Positions 8,524 to 17,155 of a stretch of DNA of 64,000 nucleotides are shown here, one piece after another. The number at the start of each line of letters is the position of its first letter. The stretch's first letter is position 1. This stretch comes from Candidatus Colwellbacteria bacterium (GTDB taxonomy: Bacteria; Patescibacteriota; Minisyncoccia; UBA6257; Colwellbacteraceae), in NCBI GenBank assembly GCA_016176525.1, contig JACOWZ010000003.1:128001-192000 (forward strand), given 5' to 3'. The position numbers were made by a program, and so were the translations under genes. The notes beneath the pieces are model-generated. The model was given only the letters and a program-made list of their open reading frames with translations, had not been told where the DNA came from and made no database searches.

Positions 8524-11370
8524 TCATCTTCTTAATCCTCGTATAAATATGGAAAAGTCCGAAATGTCGGTTTTGCCGTCTTGGTTGAGATCTAGCGTAC
8601 CGCGCAAAGAGGTGTCGGTTGATGCCCAACGGAACAAAAATATGCTCCAATCGCTGATATTGGCTTTGCCGTCGCCGTTTAAGTCGGTTGCCGGCACTAG
8701 TAAAGTGGAGATAATAAAACTCTTAACAATGGATTTAGGCGATCTGGGTCCGAGATTTCTGTCTTGTTGCCAAACGCTTATAGCGTGGGTGCCAACGCCC
8801 AGATCTGCAGTATTCACCAGCAGTTTATACGAGCCAGTATCCGGATATTCCGGATCTACACCACCCTCCACGCCGTCAATTTCGTATTTAATGCTTGAAG
8901 TTACAAATTTAGAGCCGCTAACCGCCAAGAAATCTCCCTTGCGCACAGTAGCCCGCGAGAGCAATATTGTTGGAGGTAAAAATATGTTTTCTACCGATGT
9001 TAAACCTCTTTGAATGTTTACTTCATAAAAAGTGGACTGTGCAGATGCCCCAAACTTGTCTGTGGCCCTAATTGCGTAATAAAAAACATCCGGCTGGGTG
9101 CTCGTAAATTCAATATAGAAAAAGCCCGAAGTTTGCACCGGAATATTGCTATCAACTTCGTAAGTCGGAGCAAAAGTACTTCCGCCGCGAGCAAGCAACG
9201 ATAGCGAGGCGTCTGGATATGCTTTGCCATGAAAATAAAGTCTGCCGATAGGAGTCGCCCCGCCTGGCGGAGGTGGTGGCGGAGGCGGAGGCGGTGGTGG
9301 CGGAGGTGGCGGTCCTGGAGGCGGAGGTGGAGGTGGCGGAGAGGTATTAGTAGTTCCGCTCGGCACATTTGAAATAGCGGAAACATTCGGCACTTCATCT
9401 GAAGTTTTAAGCGCAAAAAAGTATGTAGTGCTCTCGGAAAGCCCTGTAACAGTCATAGACTCGGAACTGCCAGCTACAGATGGCGTAGGCTCGCCGCTTA
9501 CAGCAGTTGCGGAAGAAAAATTGCCGTCAGTTATGGTAGAGGTTGAATACCTTATATCATAACTTGTGGCAGTCCCCGTACTTCCATCGTCCCCCGGCGC
9601 AGTCCAGTCGAGATCAAGTGTAGATGACGACGGGTTTGAAGCCGCTAGATCGCTTACTGCCGCAGGCGCGGTTGTGTCGGCAGATGCGGAAGTGGTGCCA
9701 CTTGGAATATTGGAAATAGCAGAAGTATTTGGCACTTCGTCAGATGTTTTGAGCGCAAAGAAGTATGTGGTACTCGCAGAGAGCCCCGTCACTGTTTTTG
9801 ATTCTGACGAACCAGCGACAGAAGGAGTAGGTTCTCCAGAAACTTGTGTAGCAGAAGAAAAATTGCCGTCGGTTATAGTTGAAGTAGAATAACGCAAATC
9901 ATAAGTAGTGGCAGTTCCCGTGTTTCCGTCGTCCCCTGGAGCCGTCCATGTAACTACAATAGACGAAGACGTAACCGAGCCGGTGGCTAAATCACTTACT
10001 GCTGCCGGCGCGGTAGTGTCCCCCGCTGCAGCAGGTGTAAATGGGCTTCCAGTCGGTACAACGCCGGTAGCGGAATAGTTCACATCATCGTCGCGGGTGT
10101 AGATGCGGTAATGGTACGCGGTGCCGTTTGTAAGGCCTGTATCCGTGCACGATGTAGACGATGTCACGCAGGCAACAGTTGAGGAACCGATGGTATTGCC
10201 GACTACATATGTTGTCCCCTCGGTTGGAGTATCGGAGGTGGCGGCGCCGGCTCTGCGCAAGATAATCGTGCTTGTATAGTCGGAATCGGCCGGGTTAGTC
10301 CAAGAAAGAGAAACCTGCGCGTCACCTGCCGTGCCAGTTGCGCCCGTGACATTTGCCGGCGACTCGTTGTCGATTGTGACTGTGGCGGAGTTGGTGTCGG
10401 TTCCTGCTTGTGTGTTGGTGCTTGTGAAAGCGGTAATTGTGCCGGTCACAGAATAAGTTGAGCCAGAAGGCGCGGGCATGTCGGCGTGTGATTTTGGAGT
10501 GATACGAATTTTGAATGAGGTGAGAGTTGTTGTGACAGGAATCCCGCAGCTTGTAAGCGAGACGGTGCTTGAGGCTGGGTCGACCTGCGAACAATACGTA
10601 GTAGAACCAGCGTTATTTGTTATCTCAACAAGCGAGAGACCGCCGGAAACGCCTGATGCTAAGGTTGCAGTCGCCGCTGTAACTGTGTCTGTGCCGGTTG
10701 AAGTTTGGAGAGTAAATGTATCAAGTTCGGTGGCAGAAGCGCCTGGGGCGATAGAGGAATTTGAGGGATTCGTGCCGTTGCCGATGGTCGTTGTCGCCGC
10801 GGGAGGAGTATATGTAACTGTTATCCATAAGTAATCAAAATGAATGGCGTCGGCTGCTCCGCCGTCGTTCGAGGTAAACTCAATATCAATATTTTGTATT
10901 TCGCTCAAGGTATCAACACCAGCCGAGAAAAGATTGTAGCTCTGCTCCGCGCTAAAACCAGTGATGTCGGTTGGAGTAATTGTTGTGTTTGTTAGCCCTC
11001 CGCCGTTGTCATAACGCACAGAATTTGTGCCGTTATACCCATCTTCAGCGCCGAACTGCAAACGGAGAGACACAGCAGTAATAGTAGAGCCAACTGGAAT
11101 CGACGAAACATCAAAAGTTATAAACTGCATAACAGCGCCTTTATCTACAGTGTAAACCCCATCGCTTGCAACAACCGCAGAAAGTGTGTCTGGGTCTACA
11201 GATGAATTATCGGTTGTAATTTCACTAAGCGCTTCGCCTGTGTTGTCGTTGGCATGCTTTGCATTAGGCACAGCGTTTAGCGTGTCTGCCAAAACCAGAG
11301 ATGTGCCATCAAAAAACCCAAACAAAACAACAATAGCAATAATAAATATAAAAAACTTAATTAACTTCAC
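8524..11370 (-). CDS. Large secreted protein: signal peptide, beta-rich domains, two tandem FN3-like repeats, poly-proline linker, C-terminal type-I dockerin
   Basis: Dockerin Ca-binding repeats DLNGDGKANISD and DLNQDGKTDISD. PPPPPPPPGPPPPP... tract. Two 114-aa near-identical repeats. Confidence 0.7.
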   Translation of the reverse strand: MKLIKFFIFIIAIVVLFGFFDGTSLVLADTLNAVPNAKHANDNTGEALSEITTDNSSVDPDTLSAVVASDGVYTVDKGAVMQFITFDVSSIPVGSTITAVSLRLQFGAEDGYNGTNSVRYDNGGGLTNTTITPTDITGFSAEQSYNLFSAGVDTLSEIQNIDIEFTSNDGGAADAIHFDYLWITVTYTPPAATTTIGNGTNPSNSSIAPGASATELDTFTLQTSTGTDTVTAATATLASGVSGGLSLVEITNNAGSTTYCSQVDPASSTVSLTSCGIPVTTTLTSFKIRITPKSHADMPAPSGSTYSVTGTITAFTSTNTQAGTDTNSATVTIDNESPANVTGATGTAGDAQVSLSWTNPADSDYTSTIILRRAGAATSDTPTEGTTYVVGNTIGSSTVACVTSSTSCTDTGLTNGTAYHYRIYTRDDDVNYSATGVVPTGSPFTPAAAGDTTAPAAVSDLATGSVTSSSIVVTWTAPGDDGNTGTATTYDLRYSTSTITDGNFSSATQVSGEPTPSVAGSSESKTVTGLSASTTYFFALKTSDEVPNTSAISNIPSGTTSASADTTAPAAVSDLAASNPSSSTLDLDWTAPGDDGSTGTATSYDIRYSTSTITDGNFSSATAVSGEPTPSVAGSSESMTVTGLSESTTYFFALKTSDEVPNVSAISNVPSGTTNTSPPPPPPPPGPPPPPPPPPPPPPPPPGGATPIGRLYFHGKAYPDASLSLLARGGSTFAPTYEVDSNIPVQTSGFFYIEFTSTQPDVFYYAIRATDKFGASAQSTFYEVNIQRGLTSVENIFLPPTILLSRATVRKGDFLAVSGSKFVTSSIKYEIDGVEGGVDPEYPDTGSYKLLVNTADLGVGTHAISVWQQDRNLGPRSPKSIVKSFIISTLLVPATDLNGDGKANISDWSIFLFRWASTDTSLRGTLDLNQDGKTDISDFSIFIRGLRR
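9266..9340. repeat. (GGN)n tract encoding the poly-Pro linker on the minus strand
   Basis: ggcggaggtggtggcggaggcggagg... seen in sequence. Confidence 0.8.
9345..10030. repeat. Tandem direct repeat, ~342 bp x 2 (FN3-like modules of the dockerin protein)
   Basis: cacttcatctgaagtttt at 9391 and cacttcgtcagatgtttt at 9733. Long near-identical blocks by eye. Confidence 0.7.
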
Positions 11371-11400
11371 GTTAGAGTAATTTTAGCACATCTAATACCC

Positions 11401-11922
11401 TTACTTTAAGCTCTTTATCTTTTTTTTCAGCTCAACCATCTTGAGCTCTCTGCCAACCATAAATTTATTCATTCTCTCAATCTCTTTTGTGTGACGCTCG
11501 GCTTCTTTCTGACTTTCCACCTCTTTTGTTATGTCTCTAAAAATCTCTATAGAGCCAATTGGCTTATTATCTAAAATAATCGGCGAGGCGGTTATAAAGA
11601 CCGGGAAAACACTGCCGTCTTTTCTAACATAGTTTGATGTGCCGCTTACAGACTCCCCCGTTTGCAAAGATTTAGTAACCAATCTATCTGTAGCCGGCAC
11701 CGGTCTGCCGTCATTATCTATATCTTTAACCACATCCGGAAACCACTTGCCTAAAAGGTCGCTTTCTTCGCATCCAAGGAAACTAAGGGCGGGTTTATTT
11801 ACTTTATTAATTTTCCCGCTCTCGTCTATTGCAATAAAGCCGTCGCCAATACTTTCTATTGTCGCCTCAAGACGCAAACGCTCTTCTGTAATTTTCGCGT
11901 TCTCATCTGTATTTTTAACCAT
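11401..11922 (-). CDS. PAS-domain sensor protein with C-terminal helix ending in MNKFMVGRELKMVELKKKI motif
   Basis: PAS signature (GDGFIAIDESGKI...N.A...LG). No output enzyme domain. Confidence 0.7.
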   Translation of the reverse strand: MVKNTDENAKITEERLRLEATIESIGDGFIAIDESGKINKVNKPALSFLGCEESDLLGKWFPDVVKDIDNDGRPVPATDRLVTKSLQTGESVSGTSNYVRKDGSVFPVFITASPIILDNKPIGSIEIFRDITKEVESQKEAERHTKEIERMNKFMVGRELKMVELKKKIKSLK

Positions 11923-11928
11923 TTTTTA

Positions 11929-12171
11929 TCAACGAGTAAGGCTTATAAGTCTGGAGGTGAATTTATTTACTACCTCTGGGTCATTAGTAAGCAAAGCAAC
12001 CGAAACTTTCATCCAATCTATAAGTTTTAATAAATCTTCTGTTGTCATCTCCGACGGAGCTTTATGCAAATGGGTTCTAATTTGCCTGTCTATAAACCTG
12101 CCAGAGGCAGGGCCCAAGAAGTCATCGGCAACTTTTACAACTTCATCATATAACATAACTGTTGAAACCAT
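11929..12171 (-). CDS. Hypothetical small protein (80 aa), probably co-transcribed with the PAS protein
   Basis: 6-nt spacing to the downstream gene. No recognizable motif. Confidence 0.4.
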   Translation of the reverse strand: MVSTVMLYDEVVKVADDFLGPASGRFIDRQIRTHLHKAPSEMTTEDLLKLIDWMKVSVALLTNDPEVVNKFTSRLISLTR

Positions 12172-12179
12172 GATTTGTA

Positions 12180-13133
12180 TTATACTGACTCAATTTTTGT
12201 TAGCTTTCTAACGCCAATTGCAAGTGATATGTATGCGACTGCAATAATAAATATTAAAATGTAAATAAGGGCCAGAATCTGCCATAAGCCAAGTTGCAAA
12301 ATAGCTGCTGAACCTATCGACCTTAATCCTTCCAAGAAAATCGACAAAAATACAAGAAAAACTATTCCTAAAGAGATCCAATTAAACATACTTTTGTAAA
12401 TTATTCCTGTAGCTTCTTTAACATACCTGGAGAAACCTTGAATTGAAGCAATACCCAAAAACCACGCAATAAAAGTTGGCACAATAAGAGTTAGTGTCGC
12501 CGCAGCTGGACCTATATAATATGTCGGCCTAATATCTCCAACTTGTTGAAAAGAAGCTTCGTGCGAGAAAATTAAAGTAAGAAAAATATAACCCAGAAGA
12601 CTAATGAATACTGATGCAGCAATGATAAATTTCTTGGTAAACTTCAACGTTTTACCATGCAGGTTAAAAAAACGCATCGATGAACGCAGAAAATAACTAA
12701 ACCCTATAAGATAAGGTATAACAAAGAAATATTGGCTTAAAGTTGAGGTAATTGGTCTCCAAGAAAAATCAGAAGCACCTTGGGCAAAATAAGAACTTGT
12801 TGTTGAAATAATAGAAGATAATATTCCCAACCAAACAATAAAACCAACACCTTTTAGCATATCGCGGAATGCTGGTTCTTCTTTGGTGTCACGTATTAAA
12901 TTTACATAACGCTTTAAAGCTGAAAAAGCGAAAACCCCAGCGAACCAGATAATAAACATTGGTATTGCGAGGGTAACTCTTATTATAAATAACCCTTGTT
13001 CGGAAATATTGTACAAAGCCGCGGATTGCGGGTTTACAGGTGTGTTAAGTATAAGTGTTGAATAGACCAGTATCCAGAGAACAAGTATCGTGTAATATAT
13101 ATTCCACCCCTTAGTTTTTGCGGGCATAGCCAT
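12180..13133 (-). CDS. Hypothetical polytopic membrane protein (~8 TM)
   Basis: Hydrophobic segments throughout. Confidence 0.5.
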   Translation of the reverse strand: MAMPAKTKGWNIYYTILVLWILVYSTLILNTPVNPQSAALYNISEQGLFIIRVTLAIPMFIIWFAGVFAFSALKRYVNLIRDTKEEPAFRDMLKGVGFIVWLGILSSIISTTSSYFAQGASDFSWRPITSTLSQYFFVIPYLIGFSYFLRSSMRFFNLHGKTLKFTKKFIIAASVFISLLGYIFLTLIFSHEASFQQVGDIRPTYYIGPAAATLTLIVPTFIAWFLGIASIQGFSRYVKEATGIIYKSMFNWISLGIVFLVFLSIFLEGLRSIGSAAILQLGLWQILALIYILIFIIAVAYISLAIGVRKLTKIESV

Positions 13134-13166
13134 ATTATTATAGATTATAGCACATCTATTTTAGTT

Positions 13167-13240
13167 TGGTCGGGCTGCTGGGAATTGAACCCAGTCTTTA
13201 CGCACCCGAAGCGCACGTACTACCGGTATACTACAGCCCG
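13167..13240 (-). tRNA. tRNA-Pro (anticodon CGG), CCA encoded
   Basis: Cloverleaf folded by hand. Anticodon loop UUCGGGU. T-loop TTCAATT. Confidence 0.65.
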
Positions 13241-13251
13241 TGGCTCAAATA

Positions 13252-13653
13252 TTATGCTCGATCCTTCTTTTTGTGAAGCTCTTTTGATTTTTGAGTAATC
13301 GCAAAAAGCGTCAGCACGCCTAAGTAGACACCGACAATTACATCGGATGGAATATGATAATCCTCGCCTAAGATAAAGGCAGCGGCAAGAATAGCAACCA
13401 TCACAACGGTCCAGAGTATCACGAATAACTCTCCCGGATGGCGCGATTCATGATGTTCATACCACCTTTCAAACTCTTTTGTCGTAACATACAAACCTAA
13501 TACGCCGGTATATAGCATACTAAGCGGCACAACTAAAAAGTTGTATGCGTTGTGGTTTATAAAATTCCACACGATAAAGCTGAGCATAACGAAAGTCCAA
13601 AAATTGGTAAGCCGCCTCCAGAATCTTCCTTGGTTAAGAATAATGTCTGCCAT
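13252..13653 (-). CDS. Hypothetical small membrane protein
   Basis: 3-4 hydrophobic helices. Confidence 0.45.
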   Translation of the reverse strand: MADIILNQGRFWRRLTNFWTFVMLSFIVWNFINHNAYNFLVVPLSMLYTGVLGLYVTTKEFERWYEHHESRHPGELFVILWTVVMVAILAAAFILGEDYHIPSDVIVGVYLGVLTLFAITQKSKELHKKKDRA

Positions 13654-15152
13654 TACTTAATAAAATATTTCGTTTTTATTTCCTCGTCAATTCTGTTTTG
13701 CGCCTCTTCGGCACTTTTCTTTGCGCCCGCTGAAAGTTTGTTTAATTCCTTATCGCTTAACTTGTTTAGTTCCGCAGCTTTTTCTAAAAGCTTTGTTTTA
13801 GTGTTTTCCTTGGGCTCTGCTAAAACTTCTTCTAAGAGAATAGTGATAATTTGGCCTAGCCGCGGTCCTGCCTCAATTTTAATTTCTTTTATTAAATCGT
13901 TGCCGTTAATTTTTAGCATCTTAGGGCTAATCGGGTCGGACTTAACTTTCTCTATCATTGCTTGGAGCGCACGCAATCTGTATGGCTGGGCTTTTGGAAC
14001 GCCGGAACCAATGCGGTCTGCCTCGCGCACTTTTATTAAATCGCCTACATTTTCTTCGCCAACACGCTTTATAAGTCTGCGCACTCCAGCCGGAGTTACA
14101 ACCTCTGGGTCGTAAACAAACATATGCTCGCGCACCAATAAAGACACTTTATCTACAATCTCGCGCGAAAATTTTAGGCGCTCCAAGATTTTCTTCGCCA
14201 TTCGCTCACCCACAACCTGGTGGCCGTAAAAAGTGCAGTCTGGCCCCTCGCCTCTTTTACTCTTGGGCTTGCCAACATCGTGTAACAGCGAAGCAATTCG
14301 GACTTCCAACGAATAGCCCTTTTTTGCAGAATACTCTAGCGACTTAACATTGTGCTCGAAAACCGTATAGATATGGTGTTTGTTCTGCCCAACGCCAATT
14401 CCATCTCGAAGTTCCGGAATAATGTGTTTCAAAAGTCCGGAGACCTCTAATAATTCAACTCCCGCACGAGCATTTTCTGCCATAATAAGTTTTGCAAACT
14501 CATCTCTAATACGCTCTTTGGCAATTTTCTCTAATAAATCAGAATTATTGTTTATAGCAAACTGTGTTTGGGACTCTATACTAAAACTAAATTGAGTAGC
14601 AAAACGTACCGCACGCATCAGCCGCAGTGCGTCTTCGCTAAACCGTTCTTCTGCATTGCCCACAGCACGGATTATTTTATCTTTGAGGTCTTTCAAGCCA
14701 TTATATGGATCAACCAAAATTAGCCCTTTAACGGTGTTATGATGTGTCATAACACCGTTTAACTCGTTAGATAAGTTAAAAGCTATGGCATTGATTGTAA
14801 AATCTCTGCGAGAAAGATCTTCTTCTATAGTCTTGGCAAACTCAACTTTGTCTGGATGGCGCGCATCAGAATAGCTGCTTTCTTTGCGAAAGGTTGTAAC
14901 TTCTACAACTTTAAGTATTTCGTCATCGGAGTCGGTTTTTATGCCAACTGTGCCGAACTTGTTTTCGTAAACGCTATCTGAAAAAACTTTTTGTATTTCT
15001 TCCGGCCTAGCATCCGTAGCTATGTCCCAATCACTGGGAGTGCGGTTAATTAGTAAGTCGCGCAAACAACCGCCTACTAAATATGCCGAAAAATTATTTT
15101 TCGCGAGCTTTTCTGCAATTACTGAAACTTCTTTTGGAATGTTGAATTTCAT
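13653..15152 (-). CDS. cca: CCA-adding tRNA nucleotidyltransferase with HD domain
   Basis: Polymerase-beta-type motif GGCLRDLL...DWDIAT, RRDFTINAIA, HD motif HDVGK. Confidence 0.8.
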   Translation of the reverse strand: MKFNIPKEVSVIAEKLAKNNFSAYLVGGCLRDLLINRTPSDWDIATDARPEEIQKVFSDSVYENKFGTVGIKTDSDDEILKVVEVTTFRKESSYSDARHPDKVEFAKTIEEDLSRRDFTINAIAFNLSNELNGVMTHHNTVKGLILVDPYNGLKDLKDKIIRAVGNAEERFSEDALRLMRAVRFATQFSFSIESQTQFAINNNSDLLEKIAKERIRDEFAKLIMAENARAGVELLEVSGLLKHIIPELRDGIGVGQNKHHIYTVFEHNVKSLEYSAKKGYSLEVRIASLLHDVGKPKSKRGEGPDCTFYGHQVVGERMAKKILERLKFSREIVDKVSLLVREHMFVYDPEVVTPAGVRRLIKRVGEENVGDLIKVREADRIGSGVPKAQPYRLRALQAMIEKVKSDPISPKMLKINGNDLIKEIKIEAGPRLGQIITILLEEVLAEPKENTKTKLLEKAAELNKLSDKELNKLSAGAKKSAEEAQNRIDEEIKTKYFIK

Positions 15153-15191
15153 GTGTTTTAATTATAACCTGTTCTTGAAAGTAAAAAACTT

Positions 15192-15263
15192 GCCCCTGTC
15201 GTTCAACGGATAGGATAACTGGCTTCGAACCAGTGGATGGGAGTTCGATTCTCTCCGGGGGCA
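15192..15263 (+). tRNA. tRNA-Arg (anticodon UCG), no encoded CCA
   Basis: Hand fold: acceptor GCCCCTG/CGGGGGC, anticodon loop CTTCGAA, T-loop TTCGATT. Sister tRNA at 54612 has near-identical arms with anticodon CCT. Confidence 0.7.
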
Positions 15264-15266
15264 CAC
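15246..15266 (+). repeat. Direct repeat copy 1 (3' end of tRNA-Arg): CGATTCTCTCCGGGGGCACAC
   Basis: Identical 21-mer recurs at 15413-15433. Confidence 0.85.
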
Positions 15267-15273
15267 AAACAAA

Positions 15274-15306
15274 AACAAACCCAATAAAAGTGGGTTTGTC
15301 TTTGTT
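15274..15306 (+). terminator. Intrinsic terminator after tRNA-Arg
   Basis: Perfect 9-bp stem ACAAACCCA/TGGGTTTGT with 7-nt loop, then CTTTGTTTG. Confidence 0.7.
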
Positions 15307-15412
15307 TGATATGTTTTAGCGAATCGAAGACCGCAGCCGATTTTTAAGCTTCAAAAATCGGCGAGGGGCGGCCTGCGAGCGCGACGAGCGACGGCGAGGA
15401 GCGACTTGTAGG

Positions 15413-15433
15413 CGATTCTCTCCGGGGGCACAC
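15413..15433 (+). repeat. Direct repeat copy 2 of the tRNA-Arg 3' end (att-like remnant)
   Basis: Exact 21/21 match to 15246-15266, immediately upstream of the GC-rich genes. Confidence 0.85.
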
Positions 15434-15463
15434 TTGACAATTTAGGTTAAATATGCCATACTA
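15434..15463 (+). promoter_or_regulatory. Candidate sigma70-type promoter (TTGACA, ~17-18 nt spacer ending tatgc, weak -10)
   Basis: Same TTGACA-N17(..ttatgc)-TAnnAT architecture recurs at 16225 and 17174. Confidence 0.4.
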
Positions 15464-15545
15464 GTGGCAGTCCCTTTAATTAAAGGAGGAATGTTGTACG
15501 AACCAAACAGTAGAGAAAACCAACCAGCTTGGTCCTGCAGTACGA

Positions 15546-16151
15546 ATGGCTCTCGTGCAGATGGATTTTACTAATGAGGAGCTTGTGCCTCTCATTATTA
15601 AAAAACTCCAGCGCGAGAAGAAGCAACAGTTCGCAACCCGTAAAAGCAGACGAAGCGGCGCGCAACTCGTAGACATCCGGGATATTCTGGTGTCGGCAGA
15701 AACTCTCGCCGAAGGCCTGAAAAACGCCGGCTACGAGCTAACAGACGCGCACTACGAACCCCGGCAAGACCAGCGCAACCAAAACCGAACCTACCACATG
15801 GTGCGGTTCTGGTTTACGAGGAGTGAGCATGCAAAACCCTCCACAGACTTTCTGTCTGTGCGAGAGGGTGTGCTCTCCGAACTTGAGCGAATGCTTACAA
15901 CCAACTTCTGGAAGCAGTTGCGGGTATACCGCAACCCCTTCTACAGTCCGGAAACGGGCGAAGAAGTTGAAGAAGCGCGCACAATGTCGGTGAACCTCGG
16001 CGTGCCGGAACGGATCTTCGATGAAAAGAACGTCCGCCGCGAAGTATGGGTTCGGGACCAAAACGGGCTAAAAACCCACAAAACCGCGATCTCCCACGAT
16101 CTTAGCATCTACGCGGACAAAACCGCGATACATGCTGTAGGTCCGAGCTAG
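15546..16151 (+). CDS. Hypothetical protein (201 aa), GC-rich foreign-looking codon usage
   Basis: Long ORF with own promoter and terminator. No recognizable motif. Confidence 0.5.
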   Translation: MALVQMDFTNEELVPLIIKKLQREKKQQFATRKSRRSGAQLVDIRDILVSAETLAEGLKNAGYELTDAHYEPRQDQRNQNRTYHMVRFWFTRSEHAKPSTDFLSVREGVLSELERMLTTNFWKQLRVYRNPFYSPETGEEVEEARTMSVNLGVPERIFDEKNVRREVWVRDQNGLKTHKTAISHDLSIYADKTAIHAVGPS

Positions 16152-16170
16152 CGGTATCTCTCCCCAACTA

Positions 16171-16208
16171 GGGGCACAAAGGCAATCGCCAATGTGCCCC
16201 ATTTTTTT
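16171..16208 (+). terminator. Intrinsic terminator GGGGCACA..TGTGCCCC then ATTTTTTTATCC
   Basis: 8-bp GC stem plus T7. Confidence 0.65.
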
Positions 16209-16224
16209 ATCCACATATGGTGAC

Positions 16225-16253
16225 TTGACATAGAACAAGCTTTATGCTAACAT
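16225..16253 (+). promoter_or_regulatory. Promoter: TTGACA, 17-nt spacer, TAACAT
   Basis: Seen in sequence; conserved module. Confidence 0.5.
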
Positions 16254-16348
16254 TAGAAGCAGAGTTGGAAGAGGGTCTTCCAACTAACAGTACCTAGACA
16301 AAAGAAAAAGAGACCGGTAAAGCCGGAAAAATGAAGGAGAGAAGGGAA

Positions 16349-17089
16349 ATGCAAAAACTGCAAAACGGAATAACCGTAAAGAACGACGACCAGCGAACGA
16401 AGGAAGCTCTGGAGCGGGCGGAAGCAAAGAAGGCGAGCGTGATGCCGTGCATCACGGTACGCCTTGCGAAGAGTTCCGCAAGGCTTCTCGATGAGCTCAA
16501 GGAGAAGGGCATCAAACTGATCCCCGACCTTGAAAGCGACGGGCATGTGCTCGCTGCGTTCAAGGATGGAGAGAAAGTTCCCCTCGTCCTGGAGAGCGCG
16601 GTTGCAACCGGAGGAGCTCGCCCCACGATCCTTGAGTTCATGGGGCCGAAAGAACTCCGAAGCACCTACACTCGCTTCGCCGTGTCGCAGAGGGACTTCA
16701 GGGAGAAGACCTTTGCTCCGACCAAGCGCACGCGCTACAACAACTCCGCTGGTGAAGACGAGGTGCGGTGCATGTCGGAAGGACATGGCAAGGTTCAGGC
16801 GCCAGCGAAAACCGAGCTTGTCGTGTCCGAGGTCAACACCGATGGAGGGTGTATCATCACGGAGTACACCTTCACCGTCTCCACGAAGGACGGCGCGGTC
16901 AGCATCACGGCTCGCAAACTCGCCCAGTTCCAGATGGTTCCCCGAGAACTTCTGGGTCTGAAGCCTGCCATGGACCACGCATACGACGAAGCAACGCGTG
17001 ACGTGGAATTCTGGCAAGAGCGAGACAGGCAGAACAGGATCGGCCGGAACGGGAGCAACCACTTCCGCAACGGCCACCAGCACCGCTAA
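16349..17089 (+). CDS. Hypothetical protein (~246 aa), strongly GC3-biased (foreign) codon usage; start moved to the Met preceded by AAGGAGA
   Basis: Third-codon positions mostly G/C in contrast to native genes such as recA. The antisense 302-aa ORF 16253-17161 is a GC artifact. Confidence 0.55.
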   Translation: MQKLQNGITVKNDDQRTKEALERAEAKKASVMPCITVRLAKSSARLLDELKEKGIKLIPDLESDGHVLAAFKDGEKVPLVLESAVATGGARPTILEFMGPKELRSTYTRFAVSQRDFREKTFAPTKRTRYNNSAGEDEVRCMSEGHGKVQAPAKTELVVSEVNTDGGCIITEYTFTVSTKDGAVSITARKLAQFQMVPRELLGLKPAMDHAYDEATRDVEFWQERDRQNRIGRNGSNHFRNGHQHR

Positions 17090-17120
17090 GACCTTCGAAC
17101 TCTCTACCCACTCTTTTCCC

Positions 17121-17155
17121 GCCCAAACAGATTCGTCTGTTTGGGCACTTTTTTT
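17121..17155 (+). terminator. Intrinsic terminator GCCCAAACAG..CTGTTTGGGC then ACTTTTTTTATCC
   Basis: 10-bp stem plus T7. Confidence 0.7.

Noticed and set aside
15491-15574. 27-codon ORF immediately after GGAGGA in the island leader
   Set aside because: Shine-Dalgarno to ATG spacing is ~0-1 nt, no conservation clues. Kept only as a remark.
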